DNA of 64,000 nt. Origin: an uncultured Acidobacteriota bacterium (GTDB lineage Bacteria; Acidobacteriota; Vicinamibacteria; Fen-336). Under the pieces are notes generated by a model, which saw only the letters and a list, made by a program, of their open reading frames with translations, was not told where the DNA came from and made no database searches. The stretch spans positions 3,680,001-3,744,000 of the forward strand of contig OY970399.1 in NCBI GenBank assembly GCA_963720545.1, read 5' to 3'. This document shows, one piece after another, positions 20,169 to 33,629 of the stretch (positions are counted from its first letter, which is position 1; the number at the start of each line of letters is the position of its first letter). The position numbers were made by a program, and so were the translations under genes.

Positions 20169-21138
20169 ATGCACCGACACGACCTGCCGCTCGAGTTCGT
20201 CCGCGTCGTCGAGCGGGCCGCCGTCGCATTCCGCCCGCACCATGGGCCAGGGCGACCGCAAGTATTCCGACCAGGTGGCTGTCGAGGCCATGCGCTCGGA
20301 GATGGAGAGCCTCGACATCGACGGCACCATCGTCATCGGCGAGGGCGAGCGCGACGAGGCGCCGATGCTCTACATCGGCGAGAAGGTGGGGAAGGGCGGC
20401 GAGGCCGGTGGACATCGCCGTCGACCCGCTCGAGGGCACGAACCTGTGCGCCACCGGCGCCGGCAACGCGATCGCCGTGCTGGCCGCGGCCGAAAAGGGC
20501 GGCCTCCTGAACGCCCCCGACATCTACATGGACAAGCTGGTCGTCGGTCCGTCGTCGAAGGGCAAGGTGGACATCAACGCGCCCGTCGAGGACAACCTCA
20601 AGGCCATCGCGAAGGCGCTTGAACCGCGAAGTCCACGACCTCACCGTCGTGGTCCTCGACCGGCCGCGCCACGAGCGGCTCATCGCCGACATCCGCAAGG
20701 CCGGTTCGCGCATCCGCCTCATCGGCGACGGCGATCTCTCGGCCGGCATCACCGCCGCGGTCGCGGGCACCGGGATCGCACGCCGTGATGGGCATCGGCG
20801 GCGCGCCGGAAGGCGTGCTCACGGCGGCAGCGATGCGCTGCCTCAACGGCGAGATCCAGGCGAAGCTGGTGCTCACCAAGCCCTCCGATCGCGAGCGCCT
20901 TGCGAAAATGGGGATCAACGACCTCGACCGGGTCTACGGCACCGACGACCTGGCGCCGGGCAAAAACGTCATCTTCGCTGCTGCCGGCGTCACAGACGGC
21001 ACCCTGCTTCGAGGCGTAAGGTTCTTCGGAGACGGTATCCGTACACATGTATTAGTAATGACCACGATCCCGCACCAGATCCGTTTCATTGACACGATCC
21101 ATGCGAAGGACGGCCCGGACATCAAGATCCGGTTCTGA
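20169..21138 (+). CDS. glpX: Fructose-1,6-bisphosphatase class II (several frameshifts)
   Basis: Fragments [50 protein letters not shown] across frames. Confidence 0.88.
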
Positions 21139-21217
21139 AGAGCCTCGGAGTTGTGGGTTTACCCAATCCGGACGGTGAGTTAGCGCACACAGGGTGAGTG
21201 TCTTGTTGATGGGATCC

Positions 21218-21246
21218 TTGACAAGCTTTCATATGCTTGTTAGCTT
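21218..21246 (+). promoter_or_regulatory. sigma70 promoter for the pilM operon, with internal palindrome
   Basis: TTGACA-N17-TAGCTT; ACAAGC-N8-GCTTGT inverted repeat at 21221-21240. Confidence 0.65.
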
Positions 21247-21295
21247 CACGCGACACTTTAACTTTGCGTTGTAACTAGTCGTCGAACCAATAGGG

Positions 21296-22356
21296 GTGGC
21301 CGTGGCTCTGTTCGGGAAAAAGAAGGGCCTCGTGGGTGTGGACATCGGCTCATCGGCCATCAAGGCCGTGGAGCTGCGAGGCGGTGGCAAAGGTGACTAC
21401 CAACTCGTCAGTGTTGGGCTCGAGACCCTGCCCCCCGAAGCGATCGTCGACGGCGCCATCATGGATCCGGCGCCGTGGTGGACGGCGTCCAGCGCCTCTT
21501 CACGAGCGCGCGCAGATCCAGCACGGCGGTCGCGACCGGCGTCTCCGGCAGCGCGGTCATCGTCAAGAAGATCAGCCTGCCCTCGATGAGCGGCGAGGAA
21601 CTCGCCGAGTCGATCCACTGGGAGGCCGAGCAGTACATCCCCTTCGACATCCAGGACGTTGCCCTCGACTACGAGGTGGTCGGCGAGAGCATCGCCGGCG
21701 GCAACATGGACGTCCTGCTGGTGGCGGCCAAGAAGGACAAGATCGGCGAGTACACGTCGGCCCTCAACCAGGCGGGCAAGAACCCGCAGATCGTGGACGT
21801 GGACGTGTTCGCCTTGCAGAACTGCTACGAGGTGAACTACGGGATCGACGCCGGCCGGGTGGTGGCGCTCCTCAACGTCGGCGCCTCGACCATGAACATC
21901 AACATGCTGAAGGGCGGCACTGTCGGTGTTCACCCGCGACATCGCGATCGGCGGCAACACAGTGACCGACGCCATACAGAAGGAGCTGCACGTCACGCAT
22001 CGACCAGGCCGAGAGCTGGAAGCGCGGCGGCATGCAGGCTCCCGACACGCTGAACGGCGTCATCCAGCACATCTCCGACAACCTCGCCACCGAGATCCAG
22101 AAGACCTTCGACTTCTTCAAGGCGACGACCTCCGAGGACCATATCGACGCGGTCTACATCGCGGGCGGCGCTTCCAAGGCGCCCGGCCTGCGCGGCCTGC
22201 TGTCGGATCGGCTCGAGACGAGTGTCGAGGCGCTCAACCCCTTCAACAACATCATCGTACAGCACCAAGGAGTTCGACCCCGCGCTTCTCAACGACCTGG
22301 CGCCTTCGGTCGCGATAGCGGTGGGCCTGGCTCTGCGTAAGGTGGGCGACCGATGA
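21296..22356 (+). CDS. pilM: Type IV pilus assembly protein PilM (several frameshifts)
   Basis: VGVDIGSSAIK, WEAEQYIPF, DVDVFAL, GGASK, NPF, VGLALR fragments; first gene of MNOPQ. Confidence 0.88.
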
Positions 22357-23018
22357 TTCGCATCAACCTGCTGGCCACCGAGAAACGGGTCGAGAAGGCT
22401 GCCGAAGCCGCCGCCGCCGCTTCCGCCGCCCCCTCCGGGCCGGGCGTCTCGCCTCTTTATCTAATGCTTGGCGCCGCTGCCCTCGTCGGGCTGCTCACCG
22501 CCGGCGCCCTCTACCTCTGGCAGCAGAGCCGGATCAAGGCGATCGATGCCGAGATCACGACGCTCAAGGCCGAGGAAACCAAGCTCCAGGCGGTGAAGGC
22601 CCAGGTCGAGGCGTTCGAGCAGAAGAAAAAGACGCTGAGCGACAAGGTCACCCTGATCGAGCGGCTCAAGGCCGAGCAGACGAGCCCCGTCCACCTCCTC
22701 GACGAGATCTCGAAGGCGCTGCCCGACCTCGTCTGGCTCACCAACCTCGACCAGACCGGCGCCGACGTCAAGCTGACCGGCGAGAGCAGCAGCTTCACTT
22801 CGGTCGCCGACTTCATCACCAACCTGCAGCGTTCCGGCTGGTTCTCGTCCGTCGAACTGGTGTCGAGCGACCAGCAGGACGCGCGCGCGGGCGGCACCCA
22901 GCAGGTGCCCATCGTGAAGTTCGTGCTGCGCGCCCCGTTCCTGAATCCCGAGGTGGCGGCCAAGACGCCCCCGGAACCCAGCCCGTCGCCCGCGGCCCGC
23001 GGCGCGAGAAAGTCCTGA
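22353..23018 (+). CDS. pilN: Type IV pilus assembly protein PilN
   Basis: MIRINLL motif, TM, coiled coil, LDEISKALPDLVWL. Confidence 0.92.
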   Translation: MIRINLLATEKRVEKAAEAAAAASAAPSGPGVSPLYLMLGAAALVGLLTAGALYLWQQSRIKAIDAEITTLKAEETKLQAVKAQVEAFEQKKKTLSDKVTLIERLKAEQTSPVHLLDEISKALPDLVWLTNLDQTGADVKLTGESSSFTSVADFITNLQRSGWFSSVELVSSDQQDARAGGTQQVPIVKFVLRAPFLNPEVAAKTPPEPSPSPAARGARKS

Positions 23019-23030
23019 GGCACGAACATC

Positions 23031-23675
23031 ATGGCTGACGGCACTCCCTCCACCATGGGCCGGTCGCTGGTTTACGCACTGCTCGTGTTCATGGCGATCC
23101 TGGGCCTCTTCTACTTCTTCTCCTACTCTTCGAGCGCCGAAGAGATCGCTGCCAAGACCGCAACCCGCGACTCGCTGTCGCGCAGCGTCCAGGGACTGCG
23201 CATCACCGCTGCCAAGCTGCCCGAGTTCACCCGAGAAGTCTCGGTGCTCGAATCGAAGCTCGAGGCGCTGAAGCAGATCCTGCCGCCGCAGAAGGAGACC
23301 GCCGACCTGATGCGCAAGGTGCAGTCGATCGCGGCGCAGGCGAACCTTGGCATCCGCAAGTTCACGCCGGCCGCGACCGTGAGCAAGGACTTCTACCAGG
23401 AGTGGCCCATCAACATGGAGGTTGACGGCGCGTACCACAACCTCGGCGTGTTCTTCGACCGGGTGCGGACGCTGTCGCGCCTCGTGAACTTCGGCAACCT
23501 GAAGCTTGCGGCGCGCACGAACCGCCCGGGAACCGGCAACCTGTCGCGCACCATCAGCGCGTCGTGCGTGGCCACCACCTACGTCTACGTGGACAACCCG
23601 ACGACGCCGCCCGCCGCAGCAGGGGGCAAGGCCACGCGCCGTCCCGCGCCGCCGGCTACGGGGGGTGCGAAGTGA
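23031..23675 (+). CDS. pilO: Type IV pilus assembly protein PilO
   Basis: TM, coiled coil, LPPQKE, FYQEWPI, GAYHNLGVFFDRV. Confidence 0.92.
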   Translation: MADGTPSTMGRSLVYALLVFMAILGLFYFFSYSSSAEEIAAKTATRDSLSRSVQGLRITAAKLPEFTREVSVLESKLEALKQILPPQKETADLMRKVQSIAAQANLGIRKFTPAATVSKDFYQEWPINMEVDGAYHNLGVFFDRVRTLSRLVNFGNLKLAARTNRPGTGNLSRTISASCVATTYVYVDNPTTPPAAAGGKATRRPAPPATGGAK

Positions 23676-24208
23676 AGAAGATGCAGTTCCTCCCGATCGG
23701 ACTGGGCGCAGCCGCGCTGGTCCTGTTCGCCCCGGCAGCCGGGTTGGCGCAGGAAATGCCGGAGCAAGGTGAAGTGGTCGCGCCGGCGACCGGCGACACT
23801 GTGCAAGAGCCCGTGGCGCCGCCGCTCGACATGAGCCTCCTGCCGGTGCCCGAAGGTGGGCTCATCTACAGCTCACAGGGCCGTCGCGACCCGTTCATCA
23901 GCCTGGTCCGCCCGGTGGGTCCGGTGAACTCAACCGGCGCGCGCAAGCCCGGCATCGAGGGCTTCCAGGTCGCAGAAGTGGCCCTTAGAGGCGTCGTCCG
24001 CAGCGGCAGGGAATTCATCGCGCTGCTCCAGGCGCCTGACAACAGGACGTATTTCGCAAGAGTAGGCCAGCGCCTGCACGACGCGAGGCTGGTGGCGATC
24101 GACGCAACGACAGCAACTTTCCGGCAACAGATCGACGATCCCCTGGCGTCGGCGCGAAGCCGCGATATCACGAAGAGCTTGTATCCGTCCGAGGAGGCCC
24201 GTCAATGA
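23672..24208 (+). CDS. pilP: PilP-like protein
   Basis: YSSQGRRDPF motif; LRGVV..ALLQAPD..VGQ; lies between pilO and pilQ. Confidence 0.8.
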   Translation: MKKMQFLPIGLGAAALVLFAPAAGLAQEMPEQGEVVAPATGDTVQEPVAPPLDMSLLPVPEGGLIYSSQGRRDPFISLVRPVGPVNSTGARKPGIEGFQVAEVALRGVVRSGREFIALLQAPDNRTYFARVGQRLHDARLVAIDATTATFRQQIDDPLASARSRDITKSLYPSEEARQ

Positions 24209-26730
24209 GACGTCTGCCCGCGCGCGCTCTCCTATGCGTTTGCGTGCTGTTCGGGGCGTTTGCCCTGGCCGATGAGAACAACCCCGTCTTGCTGGGTCTG
24301 ACGTCAGACCAGACAAGCAGCGCGACGCGGGTCGTCCTCGAGTCCAGTGGCCCGCTGGTGTACACCTATTACACCCCCGATCCGCTCACCCTGGTGGTCG
24401 ACATTCCCGATGCCGACGGCGCGAAGCTGCCGCCGCTCTACTCGGTGTCGAGCCCCGAGGTCGTGAACGTCACGAGCTCGACCGTCAGCCGCCCCGACGG
24501 CCACAGCCTGTCCCGCCTCGAGGTGAAGCTCGCCAAGGCGGTGCAGTACCAGATCTTCAGCGAAGGCAAGACGCTGAACCTGGTGTTCGACCGCGGCGCC
24601 GCCGCCGCGGCGGCCGACAAGCCGACGAACCTCGAGCTGGAGCCGAAGCTCATCGAGACCCCGCCTGCGAAGCAGCCGACCGTGCTGCCCGAGCAGACGG
24701 TCGCAGCCGCACGCCGCAGCCCGACGCCGGCCGCCACGCCCGAGCCCGCGCCCAAGGCCCCTGTCGCCGGAACCGCCACGCGCATCGTCGGCGTGACGCA
24801 CCGGATGACGAACGGCAGCGTTGAAGTCACGGTGAAGGCCGACGGTACGCTGGGTTACGAGGACTTTTTCGTTCCCGATCCGCCGGCGCGCCTCGTGATC
24901 GACATCGTCAACGTCGCAGTCGCGCAGCGCAGCGTGCCGATCAACCAGAACTCGGTGCGGCGCGTGCGCCTTGCGCAGTACAGTCCCGACCCCAAAGTGG
25001 GCCGGCTGGTATTCGACCTCGCGGCGCACACGCCCTACGAGATCACCGACCTCGCCGACGGCATGCGCATCGTCTTCACCGAGCCGCGGACGGCACACGC
25101 GAGCACGGTGACGCCGGTGTTCCAGCCCGCGGTGCTCAGCACCGAGACGCCCGTTGAACAAGCCAAGGTCTCGCTGAAGACGAGCGCCGATCCCGAGCCG
25201 GTCGTTTCCAACCGCGCGCAGGAGCCCGCACCCCAGGTCATGCCCACACCGGCGCCCGCGCCGGTGGTTCTGAGCCGGCCAGTGGTGACGTCGCAGCCGG
25301 CCACGGTCATCGTGCCCGCATCGGTTCGCGCGCAGACGACGCCAGTGACACCGCCGGTCATCAGCACCACTCTGCCCGGGTACGCGAACTCGCCCGGCGG
25401 CATGGTGTCGATGCGCAAGGTCTACACCGGGCACCCGATCTCGCTCGACTTCCGCGAGGGCGACCTGCAGGACATCCTGCGGTTGTTCGCGGATATCAGC
25501 GGCCTCAACATCATCGTGAACCCCGGCGTCGCCGGCAAGGTTACGGTGAAGCTCAACGAGGTTCCCTGGGATCAGGCGCTCGACATCATCCTCAAGAGCC
25601 AGGGCCTGGGACAGGTCACCGAAGACAACGTCATCCGCGTGGCGCCGCTCTCGGCGCTGCAGCGAGAGGAAGACGAGATCCGCAAGCTGAAGGAAAACCA
25701 GGCGCTCGCCGGCGATCTGATTCCCTATCGCAAGAGCCTCAGCTACGCGAAGGTCGCGGACATCGAGGACACGATCAAGAAGGTGGCGCTGTCGCCGCGC
25801 GGCACCATCACCCTCGACACCCGCACCAACACCATCATCATCACCGACCTGCAGAAGAACGTCACCGACGTGCAGGCCCTGATTCTCGACCTCGACCGCC
25901 AGACGCCGCAGGTGGAGATCGAGGCGCGTATCGTGGTGACGAGCCGCAACTTCACGCGCGACGTGGGCGTGCAGTGGGGCTTCCTCAACAAGCAGACCCC
26001 GCAGTACGGCAACACCACCGGCCGCGCGTTCCCGAACTCGATCATCCTGAACGGCGCGGCATCCGCGCCGAGCCAGGGCATCAACCCGCAGCTGGCCTTC
26101 AACCCCGACAGTCAGGGTATCGGGCCAACACCGCGCGGCTATGCCGTCAACCTGCCGGCGGCGTCGTTCACTTCGGGCATCGGCATCTCGCTCGGCAACA
26201 TCCTCGGCAGCTTCAACATCGATGCGGCGCTCACGGCGCTCGAGCGTCAGGGCCGCGGCCGCATCCTGTCGACGCCGAAGGTGACGACGCAGAACAACCA
26301 GGAAGCCGAGATCAAGCAGGGCGTGCAGATTCCGATCGCCATCCAGCAGGCGAGCGGTGGTGCCAGCTTCGCGGCCACCAACGTCCAGTTCAAGGATGCG
26401 TTCCTGATCCTGAAGGTGACGCCGCAGATCACCGACGCCGGCACCGTCATCCTCAAGCTCGAGGTGGAGAACAACTCGCCCGACTTCGCGAACCGGGTGA
26501 ACGGCATCCCGCCGATCAACACGCAGTCCGCGAAGACCATCGTGCTGGTGCGCGACGGCGCCACCACGGTCATCGGCGGCATCTACCAGAGCAGCGAGCA
26601 GTCGACGCTGAACTCGACTCCGTTCTTCGGCAAGCTGCCGATCCTGGGAGCTTTGTTCCGCAACCGGGCGTCCGAGAACCGCAACAACGAGCTGTTGCTG
26701 TTCATCACGCCCAGAATCATCAAGGGGTAA
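24205..26730 (+). CDS. pilQ: Type IV pilus secretin PilQ with AMIN domains
   Basis: Two AMIN-like repeats (DPLTLVVDI, PPARLVIDI); YTGHPISLDF, VPWDQALD, QVEIEARIV, ELLLFITPRII. Confidence 0.95.
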   Translation: MRRLPARALLCVCVLFGAFALADENNPVLLGLTSDQTSSATRVVLESSGPLVYTYYTPDPLTLVVDIPDADGAKLPPLYSVSSPEVVNVTSSTVSRPDGHSLSRLEVKLAKAVQYQIFSEGKTLNLVFDRGAAAAAADKPTNLELEPKLIETPPAKQPTVLPEQTVAAARRSPTPAATPEPAPKAPVAGTATRIVGVTHRMTNGSVEVTVKADGTLGYEDFFVPDPPARLVIDIVNVAVAQRSVPINQNSVRRVRLAQYSPDPKVGRLVFDLAAHTPYEITDLADGMRIVFTEPRTAHASTVTPVFQPAVLSTETPVEQAKVSLKTSADPEPVVSNRAQEPAPQVMPTPAPAPVVLSRPVVTSQPATVIVPASVRAQTTPVTPPVISTTLPGYANSPGGMVSMRKVYTGHPISLDFREGDLQDILRLFADISGLNIIVNPGVAGKVTVKLNEVPWDQALDIILKSQGLGQVTEDNVIRVAPLSALQREEDEIRKLKENQALAGDLIPYRKSLSYAKVADIEDTIKKVALSPRGTITLDTRTNTIIITDLQKNVTDVQALILDLDRQTPQVEIEARIVVTSRNFTRDVGVQWGFLNKQTPQYGNTTGRAFPNSIILNGAASAPSQGINPQLAFNPDSQGIGPTPRGYAVNLPAASFTSGIGISLGNILGSFNIDAALTALERQGRGRILSTPKVTTQNNQEAEIKQGVQIPIAIQQASGGASFAATNVQFKDAFLILKVTPQITDAGTVILKLEVENNSPDFANRVNGIPPINTQSAKTIVLVRDGATTVIGGIYQSSEQSTLNSTPFFGKLPILGALFRNRASENRNNELLLFITPRIIKG

Positions 26731-26753
26731 GGGAAGTGAGGAGGAGTTTCGCC

Positions 26754-27368
26754 ATGCGCCCTGCGTTCGCGAGAGTCGCCCTGGTGGCGCTCACCGCAGC
26801 CACGACGGTTTCTTGTGGCATCAGCCCCGACTACGTCCAGCAGGACGAGTCGCAGGTGATCCTGAGGATCACCAACATCACCGCCACTGCCAACGGGGAG
26901 GACGACTCCGCGTTCATGACCTCGGACGTCAGCACCGAGGGCAGCATCTTCAACGACAACGCGGTGCTGACGGTGCAGGCCTTGCTCAAGAACCCAGCCC
27001 TCGGCTCAGCGACGCCTTCCGATGTTCTGCTCGACCGCTACGACATCGTCTACAAGCGCAGCGACGGGCTCAACACCCAGGGCGTCGATGTCCCGTTCTC
27101 GATCAGCTCGGGGATGAATCTGCTGGTTCCGGCTAGCGACGCCGGCACCTCCGGTGCTGAGGCCGCGATCATCGCCGTGCGCCACCAGGCGAAGACCGAG
27201 CCGCCGCTCCGCAACCTGCGCGCGAACGAGAGCGGGCTTGGCGGCGAAAGCATCTTGACCGTCTACGCCGAGATCACCGTCTACGGCCGAACCACTGCCG
27301 GGCAACGCGTCCAGGCCACCGGCAGACTTCAGATTGTTTTTGCCGACTTCGCCGACGAGGGGAACTAG
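26754..27368 (+). CDS. Hypothetical lipoprotein
   Basis: AGGAG RBS; lipobox TVSC; beta-rich mature part. Confidence 0.75.
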   Translation: MRPAFARVALVALTAATTVSCGISPDYVQQDESQVILRITNITATANGEDDSAFMTSDVSTEGSIFNDNAVLTVQALLKNPALGSATPSDVLLDRYDIVYKRSDGLNTQGVDVPFSISSGMNLLVPASDAGTSGAEAAIIAVRHQAKTEPPLRNLRANESGLGGESILTVYAEITVYGRTTAGQRVQATGRLQIVFADFADEGN

Positions 27369-27373
27369 CAGCC

Positions 27374-28147
27374 ATGTGGTCCACAATTCTCAAACAGAAG
27401 CCGTTCGCGACAGCGACGCTCGCTGTCTTGACGCTTGGTTTCCTCATGAGTTGCGGCCTCGACGAGGTCAACGATCCGGGCGCCATCACCGGGCCGGCGG
27501 CGCGCGGCATCCAGCTGAAGATGACCGCGAGCCCGGACACCGTCACCGCCAACGGCAAGGACAAGTCCACGATTCAGGGACGCGTCCTCGGCCCGAATGG
27601 CCAGCCGGTCTCGGGGCAGCAGGTGCTGTTCACCGTCGCTGGCTCGTCGGACGGCACCCTCAACGACAACCCCATCAGCGCCACCGCCGTCACCGACGGA
27701 AGCGGCATCGCTCGTGTCACCTACAAGGCGCCGCCGCGTCCTGACGCGACCGCCACGCAGGTGATCCAGATCAGCGGACACGTGGTCGACGGCGACGCCA
27801 ACGGCATCTGGGAGTCGAGCGTCGGGATCAAGCTGATTTCCGCCGAACCGCGCACGTTCCCGCCGATCCCCGACAACGTCGCACCCACGTGCGAGTTTTC
27901 GGTGCGACCGGCGACCCTGATAGTCGACGCCTTCGACGTGGTCAGCTTCTTCACCGCGGCCCACGACGACACTGGCGAGATCGTCCGCTTCGAGTGGTTC
28001 TTCGGCGACACCGGCAACAAGAACTATGACGACGCTCCCGACGCCGCCCACGTGTACAAGGTGGCGGGCTCCTACACGGTGACCCACGCAGTGACCGACA
28101 GCGGCGGCTTGCAGTCGACCTGTACGAAGACCATCACCGTCAACTAG
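27374..28147 (+). CDS. Lipoprotein with bacterial Ig-like and PKD domains
   Basis: Lipobox LMSC; ASPDTVTANGKDKSTI..GQQVLF..TDGSGIA; WFFGD..HVY..AGSYTVT..VTD. Confidence 0.78.
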   Translation: MWSTILKQKPFATATLAVLTLGFLMSCGLDEVNDPGAITGPAARGIQLKMTASPDTVTANGKDKSTIQGRVLGPNGQPVSGQQVLFTVAGSSDGTLNDNPISATAVTDGSGIARVTYKAPPRPDATATQVIQISGHVVDGDANGIWESSVGIKLISAEPRTFPPIPDNVAPTCEFSVRPATLIVDAFDVVSFFTAAHDDTGEIVRFEWFFGDTGNKNYDDAPDAAHVYKVAGSYTVTHAVTDSGGLQSTCTKTITVN

Positions 28148-28181
28148 CCACCACATCTCCCGGGATGTGACCTGAGCACGG

Positions 28182-29018
28182 ATGGCTGAGTCGGCACGAG
28201 TAACGGAGTTACGGCGAAGGCTGGAGACGGACCCCGAGTCTCCAGCCTTTGGCCCGCTCGCCGAGGAGTTGCGGCGACAGGGCAACCTGGAAGAAGCCAT
28301 CAGAATCTGCCGCGCGGGCCTCGACCGCCATCCCGGCTTCCTGTCGGGCCACATGACTCTGGGGCGCGCATTGTCGGCTTCCGGCGACGACGCTGGTGCG
28401 ACCGCGGCGTTCGAGTCGGTGCTCTCGGTCGCTCCCGACAACCTGCTCGCGAGCCGCCTGCTGGCCGATATCTACGAGAAGGAAGGCCGGTTCGAGGAGG
28501 CGAAGTCGTGCCTCGAAAAGGCTCAGCGCTACACCGTCAAGGAGCCGACGATCGGCGTGCGGATCGCCGACCTGGCGAAGCGGCTGCAGGAGACAGAAGC
28601 GCGCGCGCCCGTGCATTCAGCGGTGACGCCGAAAGCTGCGGAAGCCATTGCGCTGCCGCCACCGGCACTTGAGGCGCCACACGGCGCCTGGGGCAGGAAC
28701 GCCAAAGACGCGCCCACCGAACATTTCGATGCGCCTGCGACCTTCATACTGCCCGACTTCGAGAGCCTGGCGGCACCCGAGCCGGCGCCGGCCGCGGCCG
28801 CGGAGTTCGCCACACCGACGCTCGGCCACCTCTACCTGCAGCAGGGCGCGCCGGCGGAAGCGGCGGACGCCTTTCGCGCTGTGCTCGACCGCGAACCGGA
28901 GAACCCGCGGGCGCTCGCCGGGCTCGACAGCATGGCGGCTGAACCGGTCCTGATCCACGCGCAGATCGCACGGCTCGAGCAATGGCTCCGGGCCGCACAG
29001 TCGCTGAGGAGGGTCTAG
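28182..29018 (+). CDS. TPR-repeat protein
   Basis: N-terminal TPRs (FGPLAEELRRQGNLEEAIRIC), Pro/Ala linker, C-terminal TPTLGHLYLQQG TPR. Confidence 0.82.
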   Translation: MAESARVTELRRRLETDPESPAFGPLAEELRRQGNLEEAIRICRAGLDRHPGFLSGHMTLGRALSASGDDAGATAAFESVLSVAPDNLLASRLLADIYEKEGRFEEAKSCLEKAQRYTVKEPTIGVRIADLAKRLQETEARAPVHSAVTPKAAEAIALPPPALEAPHGAWGRNAKDAPTEHFDAPATFILPDFESLAAPEPAPAAAAEFATPTLGHLYLQQGAPAEAADAFRAVLDREPENPRALAGLDSMAAEPVLIHAQIARLEQWLRAAQSLRRV

Positions 29019-29021
29019 GCC

Positions 29022-29381
29022 GTGTCCTTCAGAGATCAGTTGCAGGCAGTCGTCGCCCGCGTCCCGGAAGCAGAAGTGGTGATGATCGTCGCCAAGGACG
29101 GCATTCCGGTGGAAACGATCACCACGAAGCCGCAGGCGGAGCTCGATGACGTCGCCGCCCTCTACGCGAACCTCTTGCGCTCCAGCGTCTCGGCAGCCGA
29201 CGCCGCGGGCCATGGGCAGCTGCAGGACCTGACGGTGGTGGGCGAGCGCTCCACGGCGCTGCTGCACGCCATCACCAACGACTACGCGCTGTTCGCGGTG
29301 CTGGCCAACGGCGCCATCATCGGCCGCGCCCGCTACGCCCTGCGCCTCGCCGGTATAGCACTGCGTCCTGAGTTCCAGTAG
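29022..29381 (+). CDS. Roadblock/LC7 (MglB/MglC-like) protein
   Basis: 119 aa; IVAKDGIPVE and GRARYALR roadblock patterns. Confidence 0.8.
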   Translation: MSFRDQLQAVVARVPEAEVVMIVAKDGIPVETITTKPQAELDDVAALYANLLRSSVSAADAAGHGQLQDLTVVGERSTALLHAITNDYALFAVLANGAIIGRARYALRLAGIALRPEFQ

Positions 29382-29405
29382 AGTCCCGTATGGGAGCGCA
29401 GCGGA

Positions 29406-29882
<477 letters not shown>

Positions 29883-29904
29883 GCGCGGCGAAAGGCCGCC
29901 GCCC

Positions 29905-32171
<2,267 letters not shown>

Positions 32172-32177
32172 GCAGAA

Positions 32178-32633
32178 CTAGTTCGCCGTGACTTGACCGA
32201 CCATGCTCGGATGTATCGAGCAGTGATAGGGGATGGCCCCGGCAGCGCCGATCGTCACAGGAGCGCTTGTGGTGTTCGGCGCGATGTTGCCGGTGTTGAA
32301 CGCCGATCCCGCATCTGGCACCACCGCATGAACGACCGAGTCGCTGTTATGCCACGCCACCGTCTGGCCGACGCGCAGCGTTGCGCCAGCAGGTGAGAAC
32401 GACATTCCGCCACTGATTCCCAGGATGTTGATGACCACGTCCGCCGTGGCCCCGGGAGTTGGAGTGGGGGTGGGAGTAGGAGTCGGAGTCGGGGTGGGAG
32501 TAGGAGTCGGAGTGGGACCAGGCGACGGTGAGGAAGGCGACGAGGGTGAGTCTGAATCATCCGAACAAGCGCCGGCGCCGATGACAGCGGACAAGGCGAT
32601 GACAATCAAGGCCGACGACCAATGCAATTTCAT
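32178..32633 (-). CDS. Cupredoxin (plastocyanin-like) lipoprotein with Pro-Thr linker
   Basis: Lipobox AGAC; (PT)n; WHNSDSVVH and YHCSIHPSM type-1 copper ligands. Confidence 0.82.
   Translation of the reverse strand: MKLHWSSALIVIALSAVIGAGACSDDSDSPSSPSSPSPGPTPTPTPTPTPTPTPTPTPTPGATADVVINILGISGGMSFSPAGATLRVGQTVAWHNSDSVVHAVVPDAGSAFNTGNIAPNTTSAPVTIGAAGAIPYHCSIHPSMVGQVTAN
32455..32519 (-). repeat. Hexamer tandem repeat encoding (Pro-Thr)n
   Basis: GGAGTN/GGGGTN units on + strand. Confidence 0.85.
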
Positions 32634-32813
32634 TTCGCGGCTCCTTCGAAGAGCGACCGGGTTTCGGGTCGATTCCGAAAGCGGCGCCCATTGAAAGTAG
32701 GACTCCGCTGGAGCCGCTGATGGAACACGCGTGACTTATGACAAATGCCCACCGAAAAACAGAAAAGCGGCGTGGCGACGATCGGGCGCCAGCGGGAAAC
32801 GGTGCGACCAGTT

Positions 32814-33629
32814 CTACTTCTTGAAGTAGTTGATGTCCTGCGGTCCGTCGCCGAGACGAGCGAGAACCACATCCTCGGCTGCCTTGCCCCAGTGAGCGGT
32901 CTTCGCCGGGATGACGAAGTAACCGCCTGCAGGCACGCTCTTGCCGGTGTGGTCGTCCACCGTTTCGCCTTCACCGGTGATCATCGTGCCGGACAGCACC
33001 GTCACCACTTCGCCCGCTCCGTGCCAGTGAGGAGGATTGACGAGACCGCGGGGAAGCTTCAGCAGGATGAGGTAGGGCCCTGTCTTCGGATCGCCATATT
33101 GAAGCGACGTTTCAACCCCTGAAACCAGGCCCTGTCCGTTCTCCCACACCACGTCCTTCGCCTGCACGACTGTGATCGACGCATTTCCAGGCGCCTTCTC
33201 CCCGTCCTTGAGGATGGTCATCTCGCGGGGCCCAGGCGAGTACCGGAGAATCACGGTTTCCGCCAGGGTCCTCGCCCAGTGCGCGGTCTTCGCCGGGATC
33301 GTGAAGGAGCCACCGGGCCCTACCGCGACGCCTTTTGCTTCGTCGACGGAATCGCCCCCGCCAACGAGGACAGAACCGGAAACCACGGTCACGACTTCGT
33401 CGAACTGGTGAAAGTGCGCCGGCAACTGATAGCCGGCGGCAAACTTGAAAAGCGCCTCATAGGCACCCGCCGTGGGATCACCCCATTCAATGGCCGTCAT
33501 CGGCCCACCCGCCATCCCGGGCGTCGCCTGCCATGCAATTTGTTCTTTGGTGACAGCGACGACCTTGTCCGGACCCGCACCACTCACAACCGAAGGCAAC
33601 AGCAGTAGCCCCACCGCAAGTCGTCGCAT
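32814..33629 (-). CDS. Secreted tandem cupin-domain protein (DUF4437-like)
   Basis: Signal peptide; two repeats GDP..G.Y..PxHxH...EVVTV.SG...IPAKTAHW; GGAGG RBS. Confidence 0.85.
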   Translation of the reverse strand: MRRLAVGLLLLPSVVSGAGPDKVVAVTKEQIAWQATPGMAGGPMTAIEWGDPTAGAYEALFKFAAGYQLPAHFHQFDEVVTVVSGSVLVGGGDSVDEAKGVAVGPGGSFTIPAKTAHWARTLAETVILRYSPGPREMTILKDGEKAPGNASITVVQAKDVVWENGQGLVSGVETSLQYGDPKTGPYLILLKLPRGLVNPPHWHGAGEVVTVLSGTMITGEGETVDDHTGKSVPAGGYFVIPAKTAHWGKAAEDVVLARLGDGPQDINYFKK

